NCBI GenBank assembly: GCA_902523515.1
Contig: CABYZT010000003.1
Coordinates: forward strand, 4,368 to 68,367
Direction: 5' to 3'
From: an uncultured Pelagibacteraceae bacterium
Lineage (GTDB): Bacteria; Pseudomonadota; Alphaproteobacteria; Pelagibacterales; Pelagibacteraceae
Length of the DNA: 64,000 bases
Below the pieces are notes generated by a model. It saw only the letters and a program-made list of their open reading frames with translations, did not search any database and was not told where the DNA came from. This document shows positions 21,974 through 32,627 of the stretch, in pieces (the first letter of the stretch is position 1; each line of letters begins with the position of its first letter). Position numbers and translations under genes: made by a program.

Positions 21974-22021
21974 ATTGATCCTTTTTGTTATAAATTCTTA
22001 ATAGTTTAAAAACCTATTTTG

Positions 22022-22759
22022 TCAAGCCATATACATGCCCCCATTAACATGTAAGGTTTCTCCATTTATATAACTTGAGTGACTAGAGCATAAAAAAAGT
22101 ACAGCATTTGCAATATCATCTGGCTCTCCTAGTCGGGCAGAAGGAATTTTTGATATTATAGCCTCTTTAAATTTGTCATCCAATTTTTCCGTCATAGCTG
22201 TTTTAATAAAACCAGGTGAAATACAATTTATATTTATATTTTTCTTTGCATATTCTATTGCCAAACTCTTAGACATTGCAATTATACCTGCTTTAGAAGC
22301 GGTGTAATTGGCCTGTCCTAAATTACCTGTGTGTCCAACTACTGACGTAATATTAACAATCTTTCCAGATTTATTTTTAAGCATTTTTTTTATTGCTGAT
22401 TTGCTCATCAAAAAAGTTGATGTTAAGTTAATATCAATTACTTTTTTCCACTCATCTAGGCTCATCCTAATTGCTAAATTGTCTTGGGTAATGCCTGCAT
22501 TATTAACGATGCAATCTAAACTGCCACCAAGTTCTTTAGTTGCGTTTTCAACAAACTCCTCAATTTTATCGCTTTGAGAAATATCAAACTTTAATATTTT
22601 AATATTTCCATATTTACTTTTTATTTCCTCAAGTTTTTCTATTCTTGTACCTGAGGCTAAAATATTTGCTCCTGATTGATTTAATTTTTTAATTATTGAA
22701 TTCCCAATCCCACCTGAAGCACCAGTAACAATAATATTTTTATCTTTTAAATCAGTCAT
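22022..22759 (-). CDS. fabG: 3-oxoacyl-ACP reductase
   Basis: TGASGGIG, NNAGITQD, GQANYTASKAG, PGFIKTAMT. Confidence 0.95.
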   Translation of the reverse strand: MTDLKDKNIIVTGASGGIGNSIIKKLNQSGANILASGTRIEKLEEIKSKYGNIKILKFDISQSDKIEEFVENATKELGGSLDCIVNNAGITQDNLAIRMSLDEWKKVIDINLTSTFLMSKSAIKKMLKNKSGKIVNITSVVGHTGNLGQANYTASKAGIIAMSKSLAIEYAKKNININCISPGFIKTAMTEKLDDKFKEAIISKIPSARLGEPDDIANAVLFLCSSHSSYINGETLHVNGGMYMA

Positions 22760-23682
22760 ATTTTTAGACCTTCAATATCGCCTTGAGAATTAATTGTATC
22801 AATTTTTACATTTCTATTAATTCTTTTTACCAAACCTGACAAAACTTTCCCAGGTCCAATTTCTATAAAATGGTCTACATCATTTTCTATCATATTAATC
22901 ACACTTTCTCTCCATCTAACTCTATTCTCTATTTGCTTAATTAAGAGATTTTTAAGCTCAACTGGATCTTTAATTTCATTTGCAGTAACGTTTGAAATTA
23001 ATTTATTTTGCCCATTTTTAAAATTAAGCTTATTTAACTCTTTTTTCATAATTTTTGTTGCATTATTCATCAGTTCGCAGTGAAATGGTGCACTTACAGG
23101 AAGTTTAATATTTTTTATTGAATTATCCTTAAAAATTTGAATTAATTTTTCTAAATCCTCAGTTTTTCCACTTAAAACAATTTGACCTTCAGAATTATCA
23201 TTTGCAATTTGTGCATTTAAATTTTCTTTATTTTCTATCAAAATTTTTTCAATCACATCAACTGATGAACCTAATACCGCAACCATCCCTCCTTGCCCTT
23301 TAGGCACAGCGTTTTGCATTGCATCTCCTCTAGTTCTTAGTATTTTTAAAGTATCTGAAAAATCAAGATATCCCGCGCATGATAAAGCGGAATATTCACC
23401 TAAAGAGTGTCCTGCAAAGTATTTCGCTTTATTTAAATCCAAGTTAAATTCATTTTTTACTAAATTAAATATTGAATAACTAATTAAAAATATTGCAGGT
23501 TGCGTATTTACTGTCAAATCTAACTTTTCTTTTGGACCCTCTAAAATAAGCTTAGAAATACGAAAATTTAATGTGTCATCTGCATGTTTAAAGAGGTTTT
23601 TAACTATATCAAATTTTTCATACAGTTCTTTTCCCATACCTACTATTTGAGATCCCTGCCCTGGAAAAATTACTGAAAACAT
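22756..23682 (-). CDS. fabD: Malonyl-CoA:ACP transacylase (start moved to ATG at 23682)
   Basis: MFSVIFPGQGSQ, TQPAI, AGHSLGEY, VSAPFH, EIGPGKVL. Confidence 0.96.
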   Translation of the reverse strand: MFSVIFPGQGSQIVGMGKELYEKFDIVKNLFKHADDTLNFRISKLILEGPKEKLDLTVNTQPAIFLISYSIFNLVKNEFNLDLNKAKYFAGHSLGEYSALSCAGYLDFSDTLKILRTRGDAMQNAVPKGQGGMVAVLGSSVDVIEKILIENKENLNAQIANDNSEGQIVLSGKTEDLEKLIQIFKDNSIKNIKLPVSAPFHCELMNNATKIMKKELNKLNFKNGQNKLISNVTANEIKDPVELKNLLIKQIENRVRWRESVINMIENDVDHFIEIGPGKVLSGLVKRINRNVKIDTINSQGDIEGLKI

Positions 23683-23770
23683 ATAAAAAAAAACTAATAA
23701 TTTTGCTTTTTTAACTATTGTAATTAAACTTTTATAATAGTATATCCTCACTTTTTATTAAAGAACTTAA

Positions 23771-24124
23771 ATGAATTTATACGAACATACTATAATTGCT
23801 AGGCAAGACACTTCACCGAGTGAACTAAAGCAACTTACAGAGAAATATTCTAAAATTGTTGAAAAAAATGATGGAGAAGTTGTTAAAACTGAAAACTGGG
23901 GACTATTAAACTTATCTTATTTAATTAAAAAAAATAAAAAAGGAAGCTACATTCATTTTAAAATTAAAGGCAAAGGTAATGTTATTGATGAATTAGAAAA
24001 AAGTGAAGCTATAGATAAAAAACTTCTTAGATATTTAACTGTTAGAGTAAAAAAATTTGACCTACAAAAAAACTATTTTGGAAAGAAAGAAGATAGTGAC
24101 AAAAAAGAAAGTGTTAAAAATTAA
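23771..24124 (+). CDS. rpsF: 30S ribosomal protein S6
   Basis: [32 protein letters not shown]. Confidence 0.95.
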   Translation: MNLYEHTIIARQDTSPSELKQLTEKYSKIVEKNDGEVVKTENWGLLNLSYLIKKNKKGSYIHFKIKGKGNVIDELEKSEAIDKKLLRYLTVRVKKFDLQKNYFGKKEDSDKKESVKN

Positions 24125-24396
24125 TGCCAAAAAGACAAAGTGGAAATAAAAAAGGGAAACAAAGTAATTTTTCAAAGTTAAGTATTTTTCAGCCAAACAA
24201 ATACAAATTTAAAAAAAGTTGTCCACTATCAGCAAAAGGTGCTCCAGAAGTAGATTATAAGAATATAAAACTTCTAAAAAAATATGTTTCTGAGAATGGT
24301 AAAATTTTGCCTTCAAGAATTACAAATGTATCACAAAAAAAACAAAGAGAACTTTCTCTTTCAATCAAAAGAGCAAGAAACTTAGCATTAATATAA
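24124..24396 (+). CDS. rpsR: 30S ribosomal protein S18
   Basis: [25 protein letters not shown]...[12 protein letters not shown]. Confidence 0.96.
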   Translation: MPKRQSGNKKGKQSNFSKLSIFQPNKYKFKKSCPLSAKGAPEVDYKNIKLLKKYVSENGKILPSRITNVSQKKQRELSLSIKRARNLALI

Positions 24397-24397
24397 A

Positions 24398-24856
24398 ATG
24401 AAAGTAATCTTATTAGAAAATGTAAAAAGAATTGGGTCTATTGGTGAAGTAATAGATGTGAAAAGAGGTTTCGCTAGAAACTTTCTAATTGCTAATAAAA
24501 AAGCTCTTTATGCATCAAAAGAAAATATAAAAGAAGTTGAAAAAATTAAAGCTGAATTATCTAAAAAAGATAACGAAAAGAAAAAAGAAGCCTCTCAAAT
24601 TGCAGAACAAATTAATGGTAAAGAGTATTCTGTAAAAAAACTTAGTACAGAAAATAATGAATTGTATGGTTCTGTTAAACCAACTGAAATTTCAAAACTT
24701 ATTCAAGAAGAGAACAAAATTGATATTAAACCTTCAATGATACAACCAGTTGAAGAAATAAAAGCTTTAGGGAAATTCAAAGTTAAAATTTCTTTACACT
24801 CAGAAGTTGATGCTGAAATTACAATCAATGTTTCTTCGGCTGATACAATTCAATAA
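24398..24856 (+). CDS. rplI: 50S ribosomal protein L9
   Basis: MKVILLE...VKRGFARNFL, LYGSV, IKALG. Confidence 0.96.
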   Translation: MKVILLENVKRIGSIGEVIDVKRGFARNFLIANKKALYASKENIKEVEKIKAELSKKDNEKKKEASQIAEQINGKEYSVKKLSTENNELYGSVKPTEISKLIQEENKIDIKPSMIQPVEEIKALGKFKVKISLHSEVDAEITINVSSADTIQ

Positions 24857-24924
24857 TTATACATTCTTTTCCCCAGTAGAAATATACAATTTGATTAAAT
24901 TATTTTTCATGTAAATTTATTTTC

Positions 24925-26343
24925 ATGGAAAACAATTTAAGTATAGTCAAAGATCAATTTAAAGAGTTACCAAATAACATTGAGGCGGAGCAGGCAGTTA
25001 TAGGATCTATCCTTGTAAGCAATGATATTTTTGATGAAATAAATACAATAATATCTAGTATTAACTTTTATGATCCAATGCATCAAAAAATATTTGAGGC
25101 TGTTGAAAGTCTTATCTACAAAGGAATGTTAGCCAACCCAATTACTTTAAAAAATTATTTTGAAGATGAAAAAGACGATCTTAATGTTCCAGAATATTTA
25201 GTAAAAATCACAAAATTTTCTACATCAGTTAGACAAGCAATAGAATACTCAAAAATAATTTATGATATGTTTGTAAGAAGGGAATTAATCAAAATTTCTG
25301 AACAAACTATTGATAGCGCAAAATTAAATGACCTTGATACTAACGGGCAATCTATAATCGAAAGTTCTGAAAGATTGTTATTTGATTTAGCTGAAAAAGG
25401 TTCTTTCAATTCTTCTTTAGTAAAATTTGATGAAGCAATGAAACAAACAATTCAAATGGCTTCAGCTGCTTATAAGAACGAAGAAGGAATCGTTGGTGTT
25501 CCAACTGGTTTAAGAGATTTAGATGATAAGCTTGGTGGTTTACATCAATCAGATTTAATTATTATTGCTGGTCGACCATCAATGGGTAAAACCTCACTAG
25601 CAACAAATATTGCATTTAATGCTGCTCAAAAACTACAAGAGAGTGGTAAAAAATCATCTATAGCCTTCTTTTCACTTGAAATGTCCTCAGAACAATTGTC
25701 TACAAGAATTATATCTGAACAGGCTCGAATTAGTTCTAATGATATTAGAAGAGGAAGAATATCAGATGATCAATTTGATAAATTTTTAGAAACATCAAAA
25801 AATATTTCTGAATTACCCCTTTATATTGATGAAACTCCAGCAATAAGTATTGCTGCCCTAAGTAATAGAGCTAGACGTATTAAAAGGCTTTTCGGCCTTG
25901 ATATGATAGTAGTTGATTACATCCAATTAATGAGAGGAACTACATTCAATAAAGATGGAAGAGTTCAAGAAATATCACAAATTACCCAAGGACTTAAAGC
26001 AATAGCCAAAGAACTTTCTGTTCCTGTTGTTGCTCTTTCGCAGTTGTCAAGACAAGTAGAACAAAGAGATGATCATAAGCCTCAATTGGCAGACTTAAGA
26101 GAGTCTGGATCTATTGAACAAGATGCAGATGTTGTAATGTTTGTATATAGAGAAGGATATTATTTACAGAGAAAAGAGCCAAGAGAAGCGACAGTTGAGC
26201 ATGCAGAGTGGCAAGCAAAAATGAATGAGGTTGCGCATTTAGCTCAAATTATAATTGGAAAACAAAGGCATGGCCCTATTGGTAATGTAACTCTTGAATT
26301 TGAGGAAAGATTTACAAAATTTAAGGATACTCAATCAAGTTAA
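24925..26343 (+). CDS. dnaB: Replicative DNA helicase
   Basis: PNNIEAEQAVIG, AGRPSMGKT, SLEMS, VDYIQLM, LSQLSR, DLRESGSIEQDAD, KQRHGP; no intein. Confidence 0.98.
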   Translation: MENNLSIVKDQFKELPNNIEAEQAVIGSILVSNDIFDEINTIISSINFYDPMHQKIFEAVESLIYKGMLANPITLKNYFEDEKDDLNVPEYLVKITKFSTSVRQAIEYSKIIYDMFVRRELIKISEQTIDSAKLNDLDTNGQSIIESSERLLFDLAEKGSFNSSLVKFDEAMKQTIQMASAAYKNEEGIVGVPTGLRDLDDKLGGLHQSDLIIIAGRPSMGKTSLATNIAFNAAQKLQESGKKSSIAFFSLEMSSEQLSTRIISEQARISSNDIRRGRISDDQFDKFLETSKNISELPLYIDETPAISIAALSNRARRIKRLFGLDMIVVDYIQLMRGTTFNKDGRVQEISQITQGLKAIAKELSVPVVALSQLSRQVEQRDDHKPQLADLRESGSIEQDADVVMFVYREGYYLQRKEPREATVEHAEWQAKMNEVAHLAQIIIGKQRHGPIGNVTLEFEERFTKFKDTQSS

Positions 26344-26364
26344 TTTCCAATATAAAGAGCTTGA

Positions 26365-28761
26365 ATGATAGCTCATTTTTATCAAAACGTTATCCTTAAA
26401 AATCCCAAAGCAATATTTGTATTGTTGATTATTGCTATTTTAAGTTTTGGCTATTATTCAAAAAATTTTAGACTAGATGCTTCATCAGAAACCTTATTAA
26501 TAGAAGGTGACCCAGATCTAGCATACTTAAAAGAAGTCTCTGAAAGATATGGATCCAAAGAATTTTTAATTCTTACTTATACACCAAATGAGGGAATGGC
26601 CACTGACTCGTCAATTAATAATTTATTAAGTTTAAAATATAAAATTCAGAGCCTCAATTGGGTTCATAGTGTGATTACATTATTAGATATTCCACTTTTA
26701 AATAATTCAGAAGCCCCCCTTCAAGAAAGACTAGAAAGTTTTAAAACCTTAAAAGATGAAGATGTTGATAGAGATCGAGGTTTTAAAGAGATTTTAAATA
26801 GTCCTGTTTTTCGAAATTTTGTCATTAGCGAAGATGGTAAAACTAGTGGCATTATTGTTAATATTAAACAGTCTCAAAAATTAGAAGATATAAAAAATAA
26901 ATCAAAAGAACAAGTTGAACTAATTAAAGATCAAATCAAAAAACAAAACCACCAGAATATTTTAGAAATAAGACAAGTTATTCAAAGTTATGATGATGTT
27001 GGAAAAATATATCTTGGAGGAATACCAATGATTGCTGATGATATGATGACTTTTATCAAAAGCGATATAATTGTTTTTGGTTTGGGGGTTCTATTATTTA
27101 TAATTGTTACTTTATGGTTTGTTTTTAGAAATCTTCTTTGGATTGTGGTTCCTATAAGCAGTTGTCTTTTTTCTGTGGTAATAATGATGGGATTACTTGG
27201 ATTGCTAGGATGGAAAGTTACAGTCATCTCCTCAAATTTTATTGCACTGATGTTGATTTTAACAATGGCAATGAATATTCATATGAGTACAAGGTTTCTT
27301 CAGATTAAAAAAGATTTTCCATCAAAAAATAATTTTGAAATTATTTCCTTAACCACTTCAAAAATGTTTTGGCCAATCCTTTATACTGTTCTAACAACAA
27401 TTTTTGCATTCTTATCTTTAATTTTTAGTGAAATAAAACCTATTATCGATTTTGGTTGGATGATGACTTTTGGGTTAATTACATCATTCATCATTACATT
27501 TACACTGCTACCTACCCTTTTAAACTTTGCACCCACAAATAATATTACCGTTAAAAAAGAACAGAAATCCAAAATTACAAATTTTCTTGGTTTAATTTCT
27601 TTAAATAACAAAAACTCTGTCTTCTTAGTAACTGGAATAGTAATAATATTTAGTGTTATTGGAATAAGTAAGCTTGAAGTTGAAAATAGTTTTATAAATT
27701 ACTTTAATAAGAATACTGAAATTTACAAGGGTATGAAGCTTATAGATGAGGAGTTAGGTGGAACCACTCCTTTAGAGGTTATTATAAAATTTCCTGAGAA
27801 AGAGAAGGTAAAAAAATCTGAAGAAGATGATGAATTTGATGATTGGGGCGAGGAAGACAATTCAAATGATGAAAAATATTGGTTTACCAAAGATAAAATT
27901 GATCTAATTACATCTGTTCATAATTACTTAGATAGCTTGCCTGAAATTGGTAAAGTTTTATCTTTTTCATCAATTATAGAAGTAGCTACTCAATTAAACA
28001 ACAACAAGCCTTTAGGTACTTTAGAAATGGGAGTGCTTTACTCTAAAATTCCTGAGAGTATTAAAGCTGAAATAATCGATCCTTACCTTTCTATCAAAGA
28101 TAATGAGGCTCGAATTAGTTTAAGAATTATAGACTCGCAGGAAGATTTAAGAAGAAATGATTTAATTAACAAAATTAATTTTGATTTAAAAGATAAATTT
28201 GGTTTAGAGGATAAGGATTATAAATTAGCAGGTGTATTAATATTATTTAATAATTTATTGCAAAGTCTATTTAAATCTCAAATTTTAACATTGGGATTGG
28301 TTATGATTGGAATATTTTTAATGTTCATAATCTTATTTAGAAATATTAAACTTTCATTGATTGGCGTTGTTCCAAACTTTATTGCTGCTTTTTTTATACT
28401 AGGAATAATTGGATTATTAGGAATACCTTTAGATATGATGACAATAACTATTGCAGCAATTACAATAGGAATTGCAGTGGATAACAGTATTCACTATATT
28501 TACAGATTCAAAGAAGAGTTTAATAAAATAAAAGATTATAACAAAACTTTAAAAACGTGTCATTCTACTGTTGGGGTTGCTATATTAAACACTTCAATTA
28601 CGATTGTTTTTGGATTTTCAATTTTGGTATTATCGAAGTTTATCCCAACGATTTATTTTGGTGTGTTTACAGGACTAGCTATGTTGTTAGCTATGATATC
28701 AGTATTAACACTACTTCCTGCTTTAATCTTAATTATTAAACCTTTTGGCAAACCATCTTAA
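26365..28761 (+). CDS. MMPL/RND-family membrane transporter
   Basis: Two repeats of TM + large periplasmic loop + 5 TM; GGTTPLEV, GIAVDNSIH. Confidence 0.88.
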   Translation: MIAHFYQNVILKNPKAIFVLLIIAILSFGYYSKNFRLDASSETLLIEGDPDLAYLKEVSERYGSKEFLILTYTPNEGMATDSSINNLLSLKYKIQSLNWVHSVITLLDIPLLNNSEAPLQERLESFKTLKDEDVDRDRGFKEILNSPVFRNFVISEDGKTSGIIVNIKQSQKLEDIKNKSKEQVELIKDQIKKQNHQNILEIRQVIQSYDDVGKIYLGGIPMIADDMMTFIKSDIIVFGLGVLLFIIVTLWFVFRNLLWIVVPISSCLFSVVIMMGLLGLLGWKVTVISSNFIALMLILTMAMNIHMSTRFLQIKKDFPSKNNFEIISLTTSKMFWPILYTVLTTIFAFLSLIFSEIKPIIDFGWMMTFGLITSFIITFTLLPTLLNFAPTNNITVKKEQKSKITNFLGLISLNNKNSVFLVTGIVIIFSVIGISKLEVENSFINYFNKNTEIYKGMKLIDEELGGTTPLEVIIKFPEKEKVKKSEEDDEFDDWGEEDNSNDEKYWFTKDKIDLITSVHNYLDSLPEIGKVLSFSSIIEVATQLNNNKPLGTLEMGVLYSKIPESIKAEIIDPYLSIKDNEARISLRIIDSQEDLRRNDLINKINFDLKDKFGLEDKDYKLAGVLILFNNLLQSLFKSQILTLGLVMIGIFLMFIILFRNIKLSLIGVVPNFIAAFFILGIIGLLGIPLDMMTITIAAITIGIAVDNSIHYIYRFKEEFNKIKDYNKTLKTCHSTVGVAILNTSITIVFGFSILVLSKFIPTIYFGVFTGLAMLLAMISVLTLLPALILIIKPFGKPS

Positions 28762-29306
28762 TGTTAGAAATCATAACAGATTTTTATAAAGCAATATCAA
28801 TAATTGATTTAATTTATTTAATTTTAACAATCCTTTCTTTAATAAATTGTTATAAAAAGGGCTTCATCTTAAGTATCCTTTCAATGGCTAAATGGTTGCT
28901 GGCATACATAATTACATTAATTCTATTTCCAAGAATTAAACCCTATGTAAAAGATATAATTGATAATGAGTATGTGCTTGATGTTGGTTTAGGAATAGTA
29001 ATATTTGTGATTGTTATCTTTTTAGTTTTGTTGATTAATAAAGGAATCAGTAAAGCAGTTAGATATACGGGAATCGGTGGCTTAGATACAACATTTGGAT
29101 TCTTTTTTGGTTTTATAAGAGCTTACATTATTTCTGTATGTATCTTTTCAGGTGTTCATATCGTTTATAATTATGATAAATGGCCAATAAATTTTGACAA
29201 ATCATACATCTTTCCATATTTAGAAAAAGGTAGTAGTTATCTGATAAAAGAATTTCCTAATGAAAAAACATATCAAGATTCTAAAGAAAAAATTACAGAT
29301 CTATAA
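28761..29306 (+). CDS. cvpA: CvpA (colicin V production) family membrane protein
   Basis: IDLIYL...KGFILS...LDTTFGFFFGFIRA; directly upstream of purF. Confidence 0.88.
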   Translation: MLEIITDFYKAISIIDLIYLILTILSLINCYKKGFILSILSMAKWLLAYIITLILFPRIKPYVKDIIDNEYVLDVGLGIVIFVIVIFLVLLINKGISKAVRYTGIGGLDTTFGFFFGFIRAYIISVCIFSGVHIVYNYDKWPINFDKSYIFPYLEKGSSYLIKEFPNEKTYQDSKEKITDL

Positions 29307-30741
29307 TCCTAAACTAAAGGAAGAATGTGGAGTTTTTGGTATTAGCAATGCAAAAGATGCTTCGGCTCTAACTGCACTAGGACTTCATGCTCTACAACAC
29401 AGAGGTCAAGAGGGATGTGGAATAGTTACTTTTGATGGAGAGAAATATTATTCAGAAAAAAGATTTGGTTTAGTTGGAGATAATTTCAATAAAGAAAAAG
29501 TCCTTAATAATCTTAAGGGAAATTATGCAATTGGCCATAACAGATATAGTACAACTGGAAACAATATATTAAGAAACATCCAACCCTTTTTTGCTGACAC
29601 CAATGCAGGCGGCATTGGAGTTGCACATAATGGAAATCTTACTAATTCAATTGCTTTAAGAAATAAACTAGTTGAGGATGGAGCTATATTTTACACTACT
29701 TCAGATACTGAAACGATTGTTCAATTAATTGCTAAATCAAAAAGACCAAAAACAATTGACAAAATAATTGATGCAATTTTTCAAATTCAAGGTGGTTATG
29801 CATTAGTGATGTTAACTCAAAACTCGTTAATTGGTGTTAGAGACCCTTATGGAATTAGACCTCTTGTTATTGGTAAGCTTGGTAATAGTTATGTTTTAGC
29901 TTCTGAAACTTGTGCATTTGATATTATAGGTGCAAAATTTGTTAGAGAAGTTGAAAATGGTGAGATTGTTTTAATTGAAAATAACGAGCTGAGAAGTATT
30001 AAGCCATTCCCTGCTAAAAAAGAAAGGCCTTGCGTATTTGAATATATTTATTTTTCAAGACCAGACAGTTTAATTAGAAAAAAAACAGCATATGAGCATA
30101 GAAAAAATATTGGTATAGAACTTGCAAAAGAAAATGATACTGATGCTGATATAGTGGTTCCAGTCCCAGATTCTGGGAATGCCGCTGCTATGGGTTTTGC
30201 TCAAGAATTAAAAATGAATTTTGAACATGGGTTAATTAGAAATCACTATGTTGGAAGAACTTTCATTGAACCAAGCCAGAAAATAAGAAGCTTGGGTGTC
30301 AAATTAAAATTAAATGCAAATCAAACAACAATTAAAAATAAAAAAATAATTTTAATTGATGACTCTCTTGTTAGAGGAACTACATCTTATAAAATAGTTA
30401 AAATGCTTTATGAAGCTGGTGCAAAAGAGGTTCATGTTAAAATTGCATGTCCAGAAATAAGATATCCGGATTTCTATGGTGTAGACACACCTACAAAAAA
30501 AGAACTATTAGCAGCAAATAAAACAAATGATGAAATTTGCGAATATATTGGAGCTAAATCTTTGAGATTTTTATCAATAGAAGGTTTGTATAGAGCTATT
30601 GGTTTTGAAAAAAGAAACGAAACTTATCCTCAATTAACAGATCATTATTTCACGGGAGAATATCCTGTAAAATTAGTGGATGAATTAGGAGATAATAAAA
30701 TAACTCAATTATCTTTGTTAAGCACAGGATCAAATAATTAA
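29260..30741 (+). CDS. purF: Amidophosphoribosyltransferase
   Basis: Propeptide then EECGVFG, LQHRGQE, GHNRYST, HNGNLTN, PVPDSG, DDSLVRGTT. Confidence 0.98.
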   Translation: MKKHIKILKKKLQIYNPKLKEECGVFGISNAKDASALTALGLHALQHRGQEGCGIVTFDGEKYYSEKRFGLVGDNFNKEKVLNNLKGNYAIGHNRYSTTGNNILRNIQPFFADTNAGGIGVAHNGNLTNSIALRNKLVEDGAIFYTTSDTETIVQLIAKSKRPKTIDKIIDAIFQIQGGYALVMLTQNSLIGVRDPYGIRPLVIGKLGNSYVLASETCAFDIIGAKFVREVENGEIVLIENNELRSIKPFPAKKERPCVFEYIYFSRPDSLIRKKTAYEHRKNIGIELAKENDTDADIVVPVPDSGNAAAMGFAQELKMNFEHGLIRNHYVGRTFIEPSQKIRSLGVKLKLNANQTTIKNKKIILIDDSLVRGTTSYKIVKMLYEAGAKEVHVKIACPEIRYPDFYGVDTPTKKELLAANKTNDEICEYIGAKSLRFLSIEGLYRAIGFEKRNETYPQLTDHYFTGEYPVKLVDELGDNKITQLSLLSTGSNN

Positions 30742-30744
30742 AAT

Positions 30745-31302
30745 ATGAAAACAGTAAATTTTACTGAAATGAAAAATGGAACTAAGGAAGATTATGAACT
30801 TCTCGAAAAATTTGAAAAAAACTTTGAAAGACAAACTGCTGAAAGAGTTTTAAATTATTTATCTAAACAAACTACTACTTTAGAAGGTTACAAAATCACT
30901 AGACTAGAGCATTCATTGCAGGCCGCAACAAGAGCTTTTAAAAATAAAGAAAGTGAAGAAATGATTGTTGCAACTTTACTGCATGATATTGGAGATGATT
31001 TAGCGCCAATGAATCATTCTCAATATGCTGCATCTATACTAAGACCCTATGTTTCTGAAAGAACTTATTGGATTATTCTACACCATGGTCTTTTTCAAAC
31101 TTATTATAGTGCTCATCATTTAGGTGGTGATAGAAATGCAAGAGATAAATTTAAAGACCACAAGTATTATCAAGACACTATAGATTTTTGTGAAAAATAT
31201 GATCAATGCTCTTTTGACCCTGATTACAAAAGTATGACTTTGAATGATTTTAAGCCATTAGTTAAAAAAATATTTGCAAAAGAGCCTTATTATTATCTTT
31301 AA
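30745..31302 (+). CDS. HD-domain metalloprotein (PhnZ/TmpB/MIOX-like subgroup)
   Basis: LEHSLQAA, LLHDIGD, NH, HH and YD ligand pattern. Confidence 0.75.
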   Translation: MKTVNFTEMKNGTKEDYELLEKFEKNFERQTAERVLNYLSKQTTTLEGYKITRLEHSLQAATRAFKNKESEEMIVATLLHDIGDDLAPMNHSQYAASILRPYVSERTYWIILHHGLFQTYYSAHHLGGDRNARDKFKDHKYYQDTIDFCEKYDQCSFDPDYKSMTLNDFKPLVKKIFAKEPYYYL

Positions 31303-31331
31303 ATTTATCTATAAATCACTATTTACAGCGC

Positions 31332-32627
31332 ATGATTGATTCAAAAAAAAAAATTATTAATTATTTTAAGTCAGGTGTTAAAGAGCCCAAAAATTTTAAA
31401 ATTGGGATAGAGCATGAAAAGTTTTTATTTAATAATTCTGACAATAAAAGGATTGATTATTCAAAAATAAAAGAAATGTTTTCAGCCTTACTTGAGTTTG
31501 GCTGGAATCCAATTTTTGAAAAAGAAAATATCATTGCTCTTAATAAAGGTGGTAAAAATATAACTCTTGAACCAGGCAATCAAATAGAATTGTCGGGAGA
31601 TAAATTAAATCATATGCACGAGGCTTGTGCAGAGTCCCAAGATTATTTATTTGAACTTAAACAGGTAACAAAAAAATTAGATATAAAAATTGTTAGCGCA
31701 GGATTTGATCCTATTTCTAAATTAAATGAAATCCCAGGCAATCCTAAGCAAAGATATGAATTAATGACTAAGGATATGCCTCTAGGTGGTGAGCTTAGTT
31801 TAGATATGATGTATCGAACTTGTGGTACTCAAATAAATTTAGATTATAAATCAGAGGAAGATTTTATTAAGAAGTTTAGAGTAGCAAACTCAATTGTACC
31901 CATTTCAATTGCTTTGTTTGCTAATTCATCAATTGTAGAGAAAAAAAATAGTAATTATTTATCTTATAGATCTAAAGTATGGCAAAGCACTTCAAGGGGT
32001 GGTTTGCCTAAATTATTTTTCGAAAATATGAATTTTGAAAAATATGCTGATTTTGTAATTAATTTTCCAATATTATTTATACAAAATAAAGATCAATATA
32101 TTTCAGGTAGGAAATATATTTTTAAAGATTTTATGGAAGGAAAAATCCAAGAAATTGGAAATAAACTTCCTACTGAAACAGACTTAACAACTCACTTAAG
32201 TACGATATTTACTGAAAACAGAGTTAAAAAATATATTGAATTTAGATCTATGGATACCTGTGGCTGGGATTGTTTATGTGCGGGACCGGCTTTCAATATT
32301 GGTATGCTTTACGGAAATTTAGATGAAGTTCATGAATTAATTTCAAAATGGGATGTCGATAAAATAATTAACGCTTATCTAGAGGCACCAAAAAAAGGAT
32401 TTAATACTCAATTGATGGGTAAAGATCTTCTTTATTGGTCGTCTATACTTTTAGATCTTTCGAGAAAAGGTTTAGAGAACAGAGATATTTTAAGTAAAAA
32501 AGGTAATAACGAAACTATATTTCTAAATCATCTACAAAAAGTAATTGATAATAAGACAACAAACGCAGATCATATGATTAGTAAATTTTCAAAAAACGAA
32601 AATTTAGACGAATTATATGATAAATAA
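31332..32627 (+). CDS. gshA: Glutamate-cysteine ligase (plant/alphaproteobacterial type)
   Basis: IGIEHEKF, ITLEPGNQIELSG, PKQRY, MMYRTCGTQINLD, ALFANS; upstream of gshB. Confidence 0.93.
   Translation: MIDSKKKIINYFKSGVKEPKNFKIGIEHEKFLFNNSDNKRIDYSKIKEMFSALLEFGWNPIFEKENIIALNKGGKNITLEPGNQIELSGDKLNHMHEACAESQDYLFELKQVTKKLDIKIVSAGFDPISKLNEIPGNPKQRYELMTKDMPLGGELSLDMMYRTCGTQINLDYKSEEDFIKKFRVANSIVPISIALFANSSIVEKKNSNYLSYRSKVWQSTSRGGLPKLFFENMNFEKYADFVINFPILFIQNKDQYISGRKYIFKDFMEGKIQEIGNKLPTETDLTTHLSTIFTENRVKKYIEFRSMDTCGWDCLCAGPAFNIGMLYGNLDEVHELISKWDVDKIINAYLEAPKKGFNTQLMGKDLLYWSSILLDLSRKGLENRDILSKKGNNETIFLNHLQKVIDNKTTNADHMISKFSKNENLDELYDK

Noticed and set aside
24857-24924. DnaA box or replication origin upstream of dnaB
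   Set aside because: Single TTTTCCCCA with two mismatches to TTATCCACA and no cluster of boxes.
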